Source: a virus (Duplodnaviria > Caudoviricetes). From it: a stretch of 35,883 bases of DNA. The notes beneath the pieces were generated by a model that had not been told where the DNA came from, did not search any database, and worked only from the letters and a program-made list of their open reading frames with translations. A program made the translations under genes and the position numbers. Shown here in pieces: positions 26,638-35,752 of the stretch (positions are counted from its first letter, which is position 1; each line of letters opens with the position of its first letter). The stretch covers positions 1-35,883 of IMG/VR virus record IMGVR_UViG_3300032233_000359; one strand, 5' to 3'.

Positions 26638-27552
26638 TTAGACGCCAGCGGTCCCGTAGACGCCACGAGGATCGGTCCAGCCGATGTCGTAACGCTCAGT
26701 GGACTTGAAGCGCATTGAGTCGGTCTCGAAGTCGCCTTCCATGCTCTTCTCAAGCGGACGGCGCATCATGAGCTTCAGGCCCTCGGGAGCGTCGGTCTCA
26801 ACCCACCAAGCAGTGGTCGAGGTCAGACGAGACAGGTTGGCCTGGCCGCCAGACAGCAGACCCATCGACTTGACGGGGTTGATGTCGTTGTTGCCCGTGC
26901 CGGTGCGAAGAACGCTCTTGAGGAGCACTTCGGCCTGGAACACGTTGGACGGAGACACCACGAGCTTCGTCGGGTTCAGACGGATGCGCTTGCCGTTGTT
27001 GTCAACAGCGTTGCGGACCTGAATGAGGATCTGCTCCAGCGAGGTCTGCGACAGCGCGGCGGCGGTCGCAAGCTGGTTGGAGAAGGTCCCGTTGATGATC
27101 GGGTGGTCAGTCGCGACAAGAGACTTGCCGTCGCCGCCAGCATAGGCGCCGTTGAACGCGCGGTTCAGCACGTTCGCAGAGAGCGTCTCCTTCGTCTCGA
27201 CCAGGGACTGGGCGAGATGCTTGGCGTAGGTCTGGCCGATACGGATGTGATCACCGTCCTCGACGAGAACCTTCGTCAGCGCGAAGGCAAGGCCATAGAC
27301 CTTGTACTGGTAGCGCTTGATGAAGAGCACACCACCGGACTGGTAGGTGACTGCCGTGCCATCGGGAAGCTCAGGAGCCGCACCGAAGCCGAACAGAACC
27401 GGCTCTTCGTGGTAGTTGCGGGGAATGCCACGCTCCTCGCGGAAGACTTGCTTCCACTCGTCTGCGCGCTGATCGTAAACGCCGTCGAACGCCTCGTTGA
27501 GGATGGGCTCGACAATGGACCGGAAGTCCGTACTGCGCATTGGTGTTGCCAT
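26638..27552 (-). CDS. major capsid protein
   Basis: 304 aa with GFGAAPELPDG, ANVLNRAF, GGDGKSL.ATDHP, P.KLVV.P and DFETDSMRFK..ERY..GWTDPRG. Follows the scaffold, has strong codon bias and a downstream terminator. Confidence 0.88.
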   Translation of the reverse strand: MATPMRSTDFRSIVEPILNEAFDGVYDQRADEWKQVFREERGIPRNYHEEPVLFGFGAAPELPDGTAVTYQSGGVLFIKRYQYKVYGLAFALTKVLVEDGDHIRIGQTYAKHLAQSLVETKETLSANVLNRAFNGAYAGGDGKSLVATDHPIINGTFSNQLATAAALSQTSLEQILIQVRNAVDNNGKRIRLNPTKLVVSPSNVFQAEVLLKSVLRTGTGNNDINPVKSMGLLSGGQANLSRLTSTTAWWVETDAPEGLKLMMRRPLEKSMEGDFETDSMRFKSTERYDIGWTDPRGVYGTAGV

Positions 27553-27567
27553 GACAGGGGCTCCCTA

Positions 27568-28128
27568 TTAGAAGGCGTTGATCGTGGCGACGTACTGATG
27601 CTTCGAGATCTGCACCTGCACGACTGTGAAAGCATCGCCCGAGGCATTATCAATGCCGTTAGCAATACCGACGACTCGCATCTGAGCATTACCAGAGGTC
27701 GTCTGGGTGCTGACGCCAAGGGTAGCAATCGAATAACCAAGACCGTTGCTGGAAGCAGCGGCGCTGAAGTTATACTGGTTGCCAACATTGGTCTGCGAGA
27801 GAGAACCATCAGCCTGGATCTCGTAAACGAGATAGGGGTCCATGGTGTAGTAGGCGATGATCTCAGTCGCAGTCGTGCCCGAGGGCCAGCTGGGGGAGAT
27901 CACAGGACGCTGGGCGCCCGAGGGGAGATACTGGCAACCGGCGAAGAGGCCGATGAAAGCATCACCAGCAGCGGCGGCTTGGAGAGTGCCGTCGGTGCCC
28001 ATCTTGACAGGCTGGCCCGTGTAGAGGTCAGCGGCATAAGTGGACAGGATTGTGCCCTGCATTTCACGAATGATCCCGGAGGGGCTGTAAGCCGCCCGGA
28101 GACCGAAGGGAGCATTGGTCGAAGACAT
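27568..28128 (-). CDS. capsid cement/decoration-like protein
   Basis: 186 aa with NAPFGLR, LYTGQPV, G.FAGCQY and DPYLVYEIQAD; immediately upstream of the MCP. Confidence 0.65.
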   Translation of the reverse strand: MSSTNAPFGLRAAYSPSGIIREMQGTILSTYAADLYTGQPVKMGTDGTLQAAAAGDAFIGLFAGCQYLPSGAQRPVISPSWPSGTTATEIIAYYTMDPYLVYEIQADGSLSQTNVGNQYNFSAAASSNGLGYSIATLGVSTQTTSGNAQMRVVGIANGIDNASGDAFTVVQVQISKHQYVATINAF

Positions 28129-28160
28129 CTTCGATTCCTTTTGCTAGGTGAGGGGACGCC

Positions 28161-28697
28161 CTACTCGAAGATCGGGTTGGGCGCAGCTTCACGCAGGCTG
28201 GACATACCTTCTTCCTCGACCATGCGGGTCTTGCTGCTACGAGCGCGAGCCTCCATAGAATCCATGTCGGACGTGACCTTCTCCTCTTCACGCAGCGGCG
28301 CGTCATGGTGCGCCTCTCTCATGATTCGGTAGTAGAGACGCTCGGGCAGCTTGGCCGCAATCATCTCATTCACGCCGACAAGGCCAGCATATTCGCCGGT
28401 CTTGAGGGTTGCGTATTCCCAACCAGGAACCTCTTCAGGCCTTACCGGCTCGTACCCGAGACGGAAGCGCGCCTGAACAGAATCGCGCGGGTTAGTCGTA
28501 GTCAGCCAGCACACATGGTATCCGGGGATCTCAGGCAAGTCTGGCAATGCGCTTTGATAAAACGAGTCTCGAAACATTTGGATGCGGTCATCGTCGGAGA
28601 GCTCTCGGTTCTCTGTGACTGCGCGATCATCCATCGCGCGGCTACGACGTGCCGGATCGGCCATTTTCTTGAGTCGTTCATCGTTACCAAGGTTCAT
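28161..28697 (-). CDS. head-module hypothetical protein
   Basis: 178 aa with PEIPGYHVCW, GYEPVRPEE and GVNEMIAAKLP; between scaffold and cement. Confidence 0.75.
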   Translation of the reverse strand: MNLGNDERLKKMADPARRSRAMDDRAVTENRELSDDDRIQMFRDSFYQSALPDLPEIPGYHVCWLTTTNPRDSVQARFRLGYEPVRPEEVPGWEYATLKTGEYAGLVGVNEMIAAKLPERLYYRIMREAHHDAPLREEEKVTSDMDSMEARARSSKTRMVEEEGMSSLREAAPNPIFE

Positions 28698-28708
28698 AGC
28701 TCGCTCCT

Positions 28709-29623
28709 TCAGCGTGCAGATTTCAGATCGCGATCCGCTTGCTGGTAGCGCTTCAGCATACGCTGCAAAGCAACCGGATCATCCCAGTATCCCGCCTCCT
28801 TCAGCGCTGTAACGCGCTCAGGAGTCAGGTTAAATTTTTTGGTCCCAGGAGCACTCATTTCCCTAGACCCACCAACCGGAGGACCCCTCCGACCGGACTG
28901 TTGAGGTTCAGTATAGTCTGAATCGTCGTCATCTGCAAAGCGGTGGGGAAGGCGCTCCGCAAGGCGGCGGTCCAGCTCCTTCCAATACTGCCTTGTGGCT
29001 GGGTTGAAGCCCTCAGCGACCAGACCGGCGTCGATGGCCTTAGCGGCGACAGAGTCGGGGTCATTGCCGTTGGCCTTGAACCAGGTGTTATCAGATGCCC
29101 ACCTCTGAGCCCGCTCAGTCACCTCGTTATTCTGAGGCGCCGGTTGCTGAGCAAACTGGCTCTTGACCCGATTGATCTCGGCGGCCTGAGCCATTGCCTG
29201 GTCGCGCTGGCGCAAAAGCTCTGGGAATTTGGCGCCGTCGCCGATCTCAATGGCCTTAGCGAGGTCAGCCTCGGCCTTGCGGACGGAATAGAGCGCTTGG
29301 TTGTAGTTTTGGTCCAGAGAGCCCTTCTGGGCATTGATGGCGTGATTCTCGACAGCCTCAAGGCGCTGCTGAAGAGCTTTATTCTGCTCCATCAGCCACT
29401 GCATTTCCTCTTTGGTCTTGTCGCGGGCGAACCTTTGGCTCTCCCGACGCCGCTTGCGCTCGTTTCGGCGCGATTCGCGCCGTTCTTCCTCTTCTTCGTT
29501 CAAAGAATCGGAAAGACGCTCGTCACTTTCCTCATGACCTTCGTCATGGTCTTCAGCTTCTTCCGGCATTTCAACCGCAATAAGCTTTTCTTCCTGCATT
29601 TCAGCCTTTTCGGTGCTGTTCAT
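28709..29623 (-). CDS. putative scaffolding protein
   Basis: Acidic N-terminus, long coiled coil, WASDNTWF and a C-terminal LTPERV helix; lies between portal and MCP. Confidence 0.7.
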   Translation of the reverse strand: MNSTEKAEMQEEKLIAVEMPEEAEDHDEGHEESDERLSDSLNEEEEERRESRRNERKRRRESQRFARDKTKEEMQWLMEQNKALQQRLEAVENHAINAQKGSLDQNYNQALYSVRKAEADLAKAIEIGDGAKFPELLRQRDQAMAQAAEINRVKSQFAQQPAPQNNEVTERAQRWASDNTWFKANGNDPDSVAAKAIDAGLVAEGFNPATRQYWKELDRRLAERLPHRFADDDDSDYTEPQQSGRRGPPVGGSREMSAPGTKKFNLTPERVTALKEAGYWDDPVALQRMLKRYQQADRDLKSAR

Positions 29624-29633
29624 GGCTCAGCTC

Positions 29634-30095
29634 CTATGCGCCAAGGAAAAAGGGCATGACAAGAGGGTCAGGGACGTGCGTGAGGATGTTCAGATCGTCA
29701 AAAATGGCGAACTGAACCTTCTCAACCTTGCCATATTTTGCATGATGAAGCGGCTTGGGGAGGGTAACCTCAAACCTGTCGCCGCCATACTTGGGCAGCC
29801 ACACGAAATCGCCCGGTTTGCACCAAGCGCCCTCTGGCCAGTCCTTCATGGTGTCGCGGCTCTTGTAAGCAAGAGGCCCAACGGCGATAACTTTCGCCAC
29901 TTGGGTGTTATCTCGTTGAATGTCCTGTGTTTTTTCAGGAACATAGATAAACGGGTTTAGTTTTTCCTTCACTCCACGGATCTGAACCAAGATCCGAGAC
30001 CCGAATGGCGTCATTCCAGCGCTCACCTCGGGGAAGAAGTAACCCATGTCATCCGTAAGCGGATTTTGCACGGCGTCTTCTGTCAGGCTCATCAT
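29634..30095 (-). CDS. groES: GroES/Cpn10-like co-chaperonin
   Basis: PFGSRILVQ, IYVPE, AKVIAVGP, CKPGDFV.LPKYGG and IFDDLNIL. Start at 30095 or 30092 after AAGGAG. Confidence 0.8.
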   Translation of the reverse strand: MMSLTEDAVQNPLTDDMGYFFPEVSAGMTPFGSRILVQIRGVKEKLNPFIYVPEKTQDIQRDNTQVAKVIAVGPLAYKSRDTMKDWPEGAWCKPGDFVWLPKYGGDRFEVTLPKPLHHAKYGKVEKVQFAIFDDLNILTHVPDPLVMPFFLGA

Positions 30096-30267
30096 CTTCT
30101 CCTTCTGCCAGGGTCTCCTCAATGATCGCGATAGCGCGACCCAGACCGGCGTAACGTCCTGCCCGGCGCCCGTACTCAAAGATTGAGCCGTCGCCAGGCT
30201 GCTCCATAGTTTCGTGGGCTACTCGACTTTGTTCCTCGAGTAGCCTCTTGATGATGATGTCAAGCAT
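30049..30267 (-). CDS. hypothetical protein
   Basis: 72 aa with EYGRRAGRYAGL; GGAG RBS; between portal and groES. Confidence 0.75.
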   Translation of the reverse strand: MLDIIIKRLLEEQSRVAHETMEQPGDGSIFEYGRRAGRYAGLGRAIAIIEETLAEGEDDEPDRRRRAKSAYG

Positions 30268-30286
30268 ATAGTCTCCGAGTCAAGGA

Positions 30287-30484
30287 CTATTTCTTCGCGT
30301 TAAAGGAAGAAAGTCCACTTTTGGACGGAGCATCGTTCTTGCCTGAAAGATTTCTGTGGATGCCGTAAGATTTATGCGGCTTGACCATGTCATTGACCAT
30401 GTTCTTGCTCGCGCCCGCAGGCTCGTTGTTCACGGCCATGCCCATGGCGAGCCGCTTATGCTGGGGGAGAAGGGATTCGTCCAT
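30287..30484 (-). CDS. hypothetical basic protein
   Basis: Starts at MDESLLPQHKRLAMG (ATG 30484, GGAG RBS), right after the portal stop. Confidence 0.65.
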   Translation of the reverse strand: MDESLLPQHKRLAMGMAVNNEPAGASKNMVNDMVKPHKSYGIHRNLSGKNDAPSKSGLSSFNAKK

Positions 30485-30485
30485 T

Positions 30486-32909
30486 TCACACTCCGGGATT
30501 AATTCCGTGGCCAGTGGAAAGGTTCGACTTGCCGCCGTGCTCGGCCTCAAACACGGCAAGTTCCTTGGCGGTGCGGTTGTCCGCATCGTTCATCTGCTGC
30601 TTCGCAGTGAGCTCCATCTGGCGCTCTTGCATCTTGATCTGGTCAAGTTGTGTTTCACGGGAAACACGTTGCTGATCAATCTGAAGCTTCGCCTGATCGT
30701 ACTGCGCCTTGCGCTGCGTCTCAGCCATAAGCACCTGCGTCGGATCTTGGGGCTTCGGCGGCTGGAATTGCTGCATGAACTGCTGGGCCTGCTGGATGAC
30801 AGGCGGCACGCCCTGAAGGCTCTGCTGGATGTCGGGCATGTAGCGCTGCGAGGCCATGGCCAGTAGACGGTCAAGCTCTGCCGACACTTCCTGATCCTTG
30901 CCCCCAAGGAAGGCGTCCAGAGGAACGCCAGCGGCGTTGCTGGTCTGCTCGTAGATATAGAACGAGTACCAGTAGGCCATGTGCTCCTTGATGTGCTGGA
31001 GCACACCGGGGATATAAACCGGCCCGATTAGCTGGCTCATGCCGAAGATTGGGCTGCTCAGGTAGTCCAGATGAACCTGAAGGTGCGCCAGATGGTCCTG
31101 CATGGGGAATGCGGCCACCGGCCTTCCCAGCGTCATGGCGAGGTTCTCATTGACGGCATTGAGCTCGATGGGCTCGGGCTTCTTCGCCAGCAAGGGCTTG
31201 AAGTCAGGGATTTTCATCCCCTCAAGGAACCGCTCCTCAACAGCGCGCTGATCGTACAGGGCAGGCATGGCCGCAGCGCGCTGCACAATAGCCTGCATCT
31301 GCGCTGCGCGCTGAACGTCGGAGAAGATGTTGGGGTCAGAGACGGGGACGACGTCCATTGGGCCTTGGAAGTCCTTGGCCTTGCACATCTGTTCGCCGGT
31401 CACGCGCTCAATGTATTCGTCGTCGATATGCTTGGAGTTCAGGCGGTGCAGGACCTTCAGCGTCATCGCCATGGCGTAATGCAGGCGCGCATGGATGGCC
31501 GAGAACACCGTCATGCCCTGCTCAATCATAGCCAGGGTGGTGCCCACGGGGACGTTCGGGTTCTGGTCCTGAAGCTTCTCATAGGTCGTGCGAACGACGC
31601 CGCGAGCGGCTTCGGTGACGAAGCCCAGAAGCTGGTAGAGCACCGGGTTCGGCGGGTTGAACGGAACCGCCATGGCAATCTTGCGGACGTCATCAACGCC
31701 CACGCCGCCCTCAATCTCGGTCACCTGCGTCGGCTCAATCCTGTCGGACTGGCCACCGCGAGATCCGCCCTTGAGCTTCAACATGCCGGGGAAGTTGTTG
31801 ATGTGCGCCGAGTCGAGCAGGGCGCGCAGAGATCCCGTAGCCGCTGCCGACAAGCTGCCGATCATGTGAGGCAGGCCGATGGGATAGGCGCCACGCCAAG
31901 GCACGAAAGGAAACTCAATCATGTGAATGAGTTCTTCCTGCTGCTCGTCGTCAGGATCCCAGTTGCGGTAGATCGCCAGGACTTCTTTGGTCGTGTGGTC
32001 GATGGTCACGAGGTACGGGGCGAGCCCGAAATTATCTTCGAAGTCTAAGTAACAGGCGACTTCAAAGACCGTGCGCAGGCCGTCTTCGTTGTAGCTGGTT
32101 TGCTCGCGGCCCTCGATCTTGTTGTTGGCTTTCGCGGGGGCAGTGAGATCCGGCTCCTGCGGCGCCACAAGATTGATGTCGCGGAACATGCCGGTGCCGA
32201 CGCGCTTCTCAAACTCAAGGCGCGTGATGTACTGGACATGGGTCTTGCGCTCAGCCGTGTAGAAGCTGGTGGCGCTGTAGGGCAAGTAAACGTCGTCGAT
32301 GGGTACGAAGATCGAACGGGGGCGGTTGCGCTGCTCGTCCCAGATCATCTTCATGTACTGGGCGCCACCAAGCGGCACCTGCGTCGTCAATTGCTCAAGC
32401 TCCGGCCTGAACTCAACCATGTGCTGGGTGAGCTGCCAGTTCATAAACTGTTGCTTGCGCTTGGCTTTATCCAGCTTGGCCTGCGTGACCTCGCCGGGAA
32501 TGAACTCCTTTACAGGACCGTTTGCAGGAAATAGTTCCTTGATAACGCGGGAAGAAAAGTCTACGCAGGCCTCGGTCAGCATGGGATGCACGACCTTGGA
32601 AGCGCCCTGGAAGTCGGCGCCACCGGGTGCGTCGTCACCCAGACCAGTACGGCGCAGGCCCTCCTCATACTGCTTGTCGCGGAGAGACCGGGCTTCCTTG
32701 TCGCGCTCAATGAACTCCAACAATTGGCTGGAGATCATCATCATGTCGGGGTTCGGCATATCCTCAGCCAAGTTCGCATAGAACTCGGCGTTCTGGGCAA
32801 GGTCAGGCTCATCAAGCGTCACAGTCGCGGAGCCGTCATCATGCTCCTCAATGTCGCTCTCAGCGTCGGGCTGCATCTCGACTTCTGCGCCCTTTTCGTC
32901 TTCATCCAT
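30486..32909 (-). CDS. portal protein (P22-like)
   Basis: 807 aa with FQGASKVVHPMLTEAC, PLGGAQYMK, YPIGLPH, PVGTTLAMIEQ...SAIHARLH, PVSDPNIFS and a Gln-rich C-terminal barrel. Confidence 0.9.
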   Translation of the reverse strand: MDEDEKGAEVEMQPDAESDIEEHDDGSATVTLDEPDLAQNAEFYANLAEDMPNPDMMMISSQLLEFIERDKEARSLRDKQYEEGLRRTGLGDDAPGGADFQGASKVVHPMLTEACVDFSSRVIKELFPANGPVKEFIPGEVTQAKLDKAKRKQQFMNWQLTQHMVEFRPELEQLTTQVPLGGAQYMKMIWDEQRNRPRSIFVPIDDVYLPYSATSFYTAERKTHVQYITRLEFEKRVGTGMFRDINLVAPQEPDLTAPAKANNKIEGREQTSYNEDGLRTVFEVACYLDFEDNFGLAPYLVTIDHTTKEVLAIYRNWDPDDEQQEELIHMIEFPFVPWRGAYPIGLPHMIGSLSAAATGSLRALLDSAHINNFPGMLKLKGGSRGGQSDRIEPTQVTEIEGGVGVDDVRKIAMAVPFNPPNPVLYQLLGFVTEAARGVVRTTYEKLQDQNPNVPVGTTLAMIEQGMTVFSAIHARLHYAMAMTLKVLHRLNSKHIDDEYIERVTGEQMCKAKDFQGPMDVVPVSDPNIFSDVQRAAQMQAIVQRAAAMPALYDQRAVEERFLEGMKIPDFKPLLAKKPEPIELNAVNENLAMTLGRPVAAFPMQDHLAHLQVHLDYLSSPIFGMSQLIGPVYIPGVLQHIKEHMAYWYSFYIYEQTSNAAGVPLDAFLGGKDQEVSAELDRLLAMASQRYMPDIQQSLQGVPPVIQQAQQFMQQFQPPKPQDPTQVLMAETQRKAQYDQAKLQIDQQRVSRETQLDQIKMQERQMELTAKQQMNDADNRTAKELAVFEAEHGGKSNLSTGHGINPGV

Positions 32910-32918
32910 GGGAGAGCC

Positions 32919-35282
32919 TTACACGTTTGATAGGGGTGATTGCCCCAGAGCATACCCTACATTTGGGTTTTGCGATATTGGGGACGGGGCGGGGCTCGCG
33001 TTCACGTTGCGCATGGACAGCGTGGCAAGGCCAGGCTGCATGGTCGGCACAGACGCGGCGACAGAAGGCGCCATCGGCGAAGCATGAGGCGCGTCAGACC
33101 CGACAGAATCGCTGGCCAGAAGCCCCGGAGGCTGGGCGATGCTGCCCACCGGCCCACCGCCGTCTGTGAAGGCCATCGTGGGGAATGGCGGCACGGTAGA
33201 CTGGGACGGGGGCTGCATCGGCGACACCAAACCGCCGTCGGCAAAATACTGGTCCGCGTTGAAGTAGCCGCCCTCAGCCGAGTAATAGGCCCGTTCCGGG
33301 CCCATGCCGTAGCGATTGAGGTTTGACCCCGCCCCAAGATACCTGCGCAAGATTGCCTCTTGCGTGACGAGCGGGCTAACCGCCGCAGGCAGGGAGGCGC
33401 CAGATCCAATGGTTGGCGTGACTGTGGTGACGAGGGGCGGAACCACCCCTTCACTGCCACCATCACCAAAAAGATCAGGCGTTGTGCCGGGCTCAGCGCC
33501 CTTGGATCCAGCCAACAAGCTGCCGACAGTCGGTCCACCAAGCAGTCCAGATATGGAGTTGAGCGGGCCAAGGCCGGGAACCATGCCGACAGCGATGTTG
33601 AGCGCCGTAGTGCCGGGGTTATTGATGGCGTTGGCAATCTTGTTGTCGATAGCAGAAATGCCGGTGTAGGTGGCAGGAGGCGCCTCAGGGGCCTTGCTGA
33701 TGGTCAGCGACCTAGCATCAGGCTCTGGCGCAGGCGCGGTCGTCAGCGAAGGCGCAGCAGCAACCTGTGATGGCGCCGCCGGGGCTGCGGGAGCAGCGGG
33801 TGCAGCGGTGAAGGCCGTCGCGTTGGGGCTTGCGCCGATCATGCCGATCTGGCCTGCAAGCTCGGCCTGCTGAGCCTGCTCAGGCGACATCCCAAGCGTA
33901 CCGAAGGGCCCAGAAGTTGATGGCGCAGACGCCACAGCGCTCGAAGGCCCGACAAGAGCGCCGTAGGGCGCAGCGCTAGGATCAATCGCCAATCCGGTCT
34001 GCGACCCGTAGATCGCCTGCTGGCCCTGCGCACCAAGCACCGCGTTGTTCGTGGCCTGAAGGTTTGAATACTCAGCGGTGTAGTTGCTAAGGACGCTCGC
34101 TGCCGTCGGGTTAGACGATAAGAACTCGCTCAACTGGCCGTTTTGCGCCGCAGCTTGAGCAGCACTCATGACGTCGGCAACGCCAGATGTGGCGGGACCG
34201 GCAGGCGCCGCTTGGGCAGAGCTAATTCCCAAGAGCTCGCCGAGGGCGCTGCCGATGCCGAGCGACCCAAGCCCCCCGAGCGTTCCTGACGAGCCCTGCG
34301 ATGCAGCGTTCGCATCCAGGCCCGCGTTCACGGAATCAAGCGTGTCGTTCAACGCGGCGTTCTGGTCGGACAGAGAGCTGTAGGTGTTGGCGCTGATGCC
34401 AAGGTCAGCCTGCGGGGCGCTCATGAGGGCGCTCAACTCCGCTGGCGACATCATGGATAGAGAGTCGTTGGTTAAACCGACCATGTTGGAGTCTTGGCTG
34501 TCTTGGCTGTCAGCAAATCCGGCAAGCCCTTCAGCGCCCTGCGATCCAAGCCCAGCACCCAAACCACCCCAGCCCGCCGCCTCACCGGCTGACAGGCCGG
34601 TGCCTGCGTCAGCGGATGCCGAAGCTCCAGTAGCCCCAGCCGCTGCCGCAGCAGCATCTGCCGCCGCATCCGCAGCAGCGCCAAGATCCCCAGACACGCC
34701 AGTGGACGCAGCCGATGCGTCTGCCGCAGCCGCGTCCGCAGCAGCCGATGCCTCGCCATAACCTTCGCCGCTGGCGGTCCCATCTCCAAACCCGCCCTGA
34801 CCATCACCTTGGCCGCCTTGGCCATCACCTTGGCCGCCCTGACCATCACCTTGGCCGCCTTGGCCACCACCATCACCTTCGCCGCCCTGGCCACCTTGTC
34901 CGCCACCGTCGCCTTCGCCACCTTGGCCGCCACCATCGCCTTCGCCACCTTGGCCGCCACCGTCGCCGGAGCCACCGTCACCACCGCCGTCACCACCGCC
35001 ATCTCCTCCGCCGCCGTCTCCACCTCCACCTCCGCCGCCACAGCCGCAGCCGCAGCCGCAGCCCTGCGCGGCAAGAGATATAATCCGGCTCTCAAGGACG
35101 CCCGCCATCGGGCCACCCAGAATATTAAGCAGAGCACGTTCTTCAAGCGTAATCAGAGGCACAACCTTAGGATCCCCGCGCTCAGGCGCCTTGGTGTCAA
35201 CGATCTTGGCCACTGCCGCGTCTTCGACGACGTAGTGCTTCAACAGCTTGGCCGCGAGGGCCCGAAGATCCTTGTCATTCAT
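32919..35282 (-). CDS. large low-complexity protein (GCGCGCGC, Gly/Asp/Gln repeats, Ala/Ser/Pro-rich)
   Basis: 787-aa open frame, ATGA-coupled to the upstream gene, filling the space up to the portal. Confidence 0.7.
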   Translation of the reverse strand: MNDKDLRALAAKLLKHYVVEDAAVAKIVDTKAPERGDPKVVPLITLEERALLNILGGPMAGVLESRIISLAAQGCGCGCGCGGGGGGGDGGGGDGGGDGGGDGGSGDGGGQGGEGDGGGQGGEGDGGGQGGQGGEGDGGGQGGQGDGQGGQGDGQGGQGDGQGGFGDGTASGEGYGEASAAADAAAADASAASTGVSGDLGAAADAAADAAAAAAGATGASASADAGTGLSAGEAAGWGGLGAGLGSQGAEGLAGFADSQDSQDSNMVGLTNDSLSMMSPAELSALMSAPQADLGISANTYSSLSDQNAALNDTLDSVNAGLDANAASQGSSGTLGGLGSLGIGSALGELLGISSAQAAPAGPATSGVADVMSAAQAAAQNGQLSEFLSSNPTAASVLSNYTAEYSNLQATNNAVLGAQGQQAIYGSQTGLAIDPSAAPYGALVGPSSAVASAPSTSGPFGTLGMSPEQAQQAELAGQIGMIGASPNATAFTAAPAAPAAPAAPSQVAAAPSLTTAPAPEPDARSLTISKAPEAPPATYTGISAIDNKIANAINNPGTTALNIAVGMVPGLGPLNSISGLLGGPTVGSLLAGSKGAEPGTTPDLFGDGGSEGVVPPLVTTVTPTIGSGASLPAAVSPLVTQEAILRRYLGAGSNLNRYGMGPERAYYSAEGGYFNADQYFADGGLVSPMQPPSQSTVPPFPTMAFTDGGGPVGSIAQPPGLLASDSVGSDAPHASPMAPSVAASVPTMQPGLATLSMRNVNASPAPSPISQNPNVGYALGQSPLSNV
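34790..35063 (-). repeat. tandem coding repeats GQGGQGD / GGQGGEGDG / (GC)4
   Basis: 21- and 27-bp near-identical units (CCATCACCTTGGCCGCC..., CCACCGTCGCCTTCGCCACCTTGGCCG) and a (GCAGCC)n run. Confidence 0.85.
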
Positions 35283-35752
35283 GTCAGGGCCTGCCGCTCT
35301 TCATTGAACCGCTCAAGATTCGGGAAATTGCTGAGCTTCTCCCCATTATCGCGCAGATTGGCCACTTCAATCAACCTCAAGTCATGAAGGTCGTTTTCAG
35401 ACAAATCCAAAGGCTTGCCAGAGCGCCAATCGCGGACATCTCCGCTCTCAAGCCCCTGCGGTCGGTTGATGGTGGAGAACAGCCACGCAAGGCGCTCTGC
35501 CCGCTCGCCAAACAGCCCCCTGATCACAGGGCGCTGGTCGTTCGGGACGGATGCCTCTTCAAAAGAGTTCGCCCCATAGATCAGATGCAGACCGCCGCCA
35601 AGGGCGACTTCCTCGTCTGCGCCCATGCGCAGAAGGTCATCATATGTGTTCACCAGATGTTCGCCCAAGGTCAGGCCTATGCGACGGTTGTGCTGCTTCG
35701 TGAAGGTTCCAGTGCGCTTCAGCGCCACCAGAAGGATGTGGCGCCGACTCAC
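35279..35752 (-). CDS. DUF6817-like (HD-related) protein
   Basis: H...TLGEHL..TY..L..MG....ALGGGLHLIYG...R..IRGLFGERAERLAWLF...IEVAN; GTG start. Confidence 0.7.
   Translation of the reverse strand: MSRRHILLVALKRTGTFTKQHNRRIGLTLGEHLVNTYDDLLRMGADEEVALGGGLHLIYGANSFEEASVPNDQRPVIRGLFGERAERLAWLFSTINRPQGLESGDVRDWRSGKPLDLSENDLHDLRLIEVANLRDNGEKLSNFPNLERFNEERQALT

Noticed and set aside
26549-26640. Capsid C-terminal extension by readthrough or frameshift
   Set aside because: TAA is followed immediately by a strong terminator, and no slippery site was seen.
30096-30179. Extended N-termini given by the ORF track for groES (30179) and likewise for 30287..30586, 12..431 and 705..1052
   Set aside because: The extensions overlap neighbouring genes; downstream ATGs have clear RBSs and coupling.
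4197-32048. Long + strand ORFs (e.g. 4197..5198, 5384..6298, 21110..21874, 22589..23674, 27103..28332, 31071..32048)
   Set aside because: These are antisense shadows of GC3-biased - strand genes, with no RBS or recognisable motifs. The GPV 'collagen' mirrors the GPT repeats.
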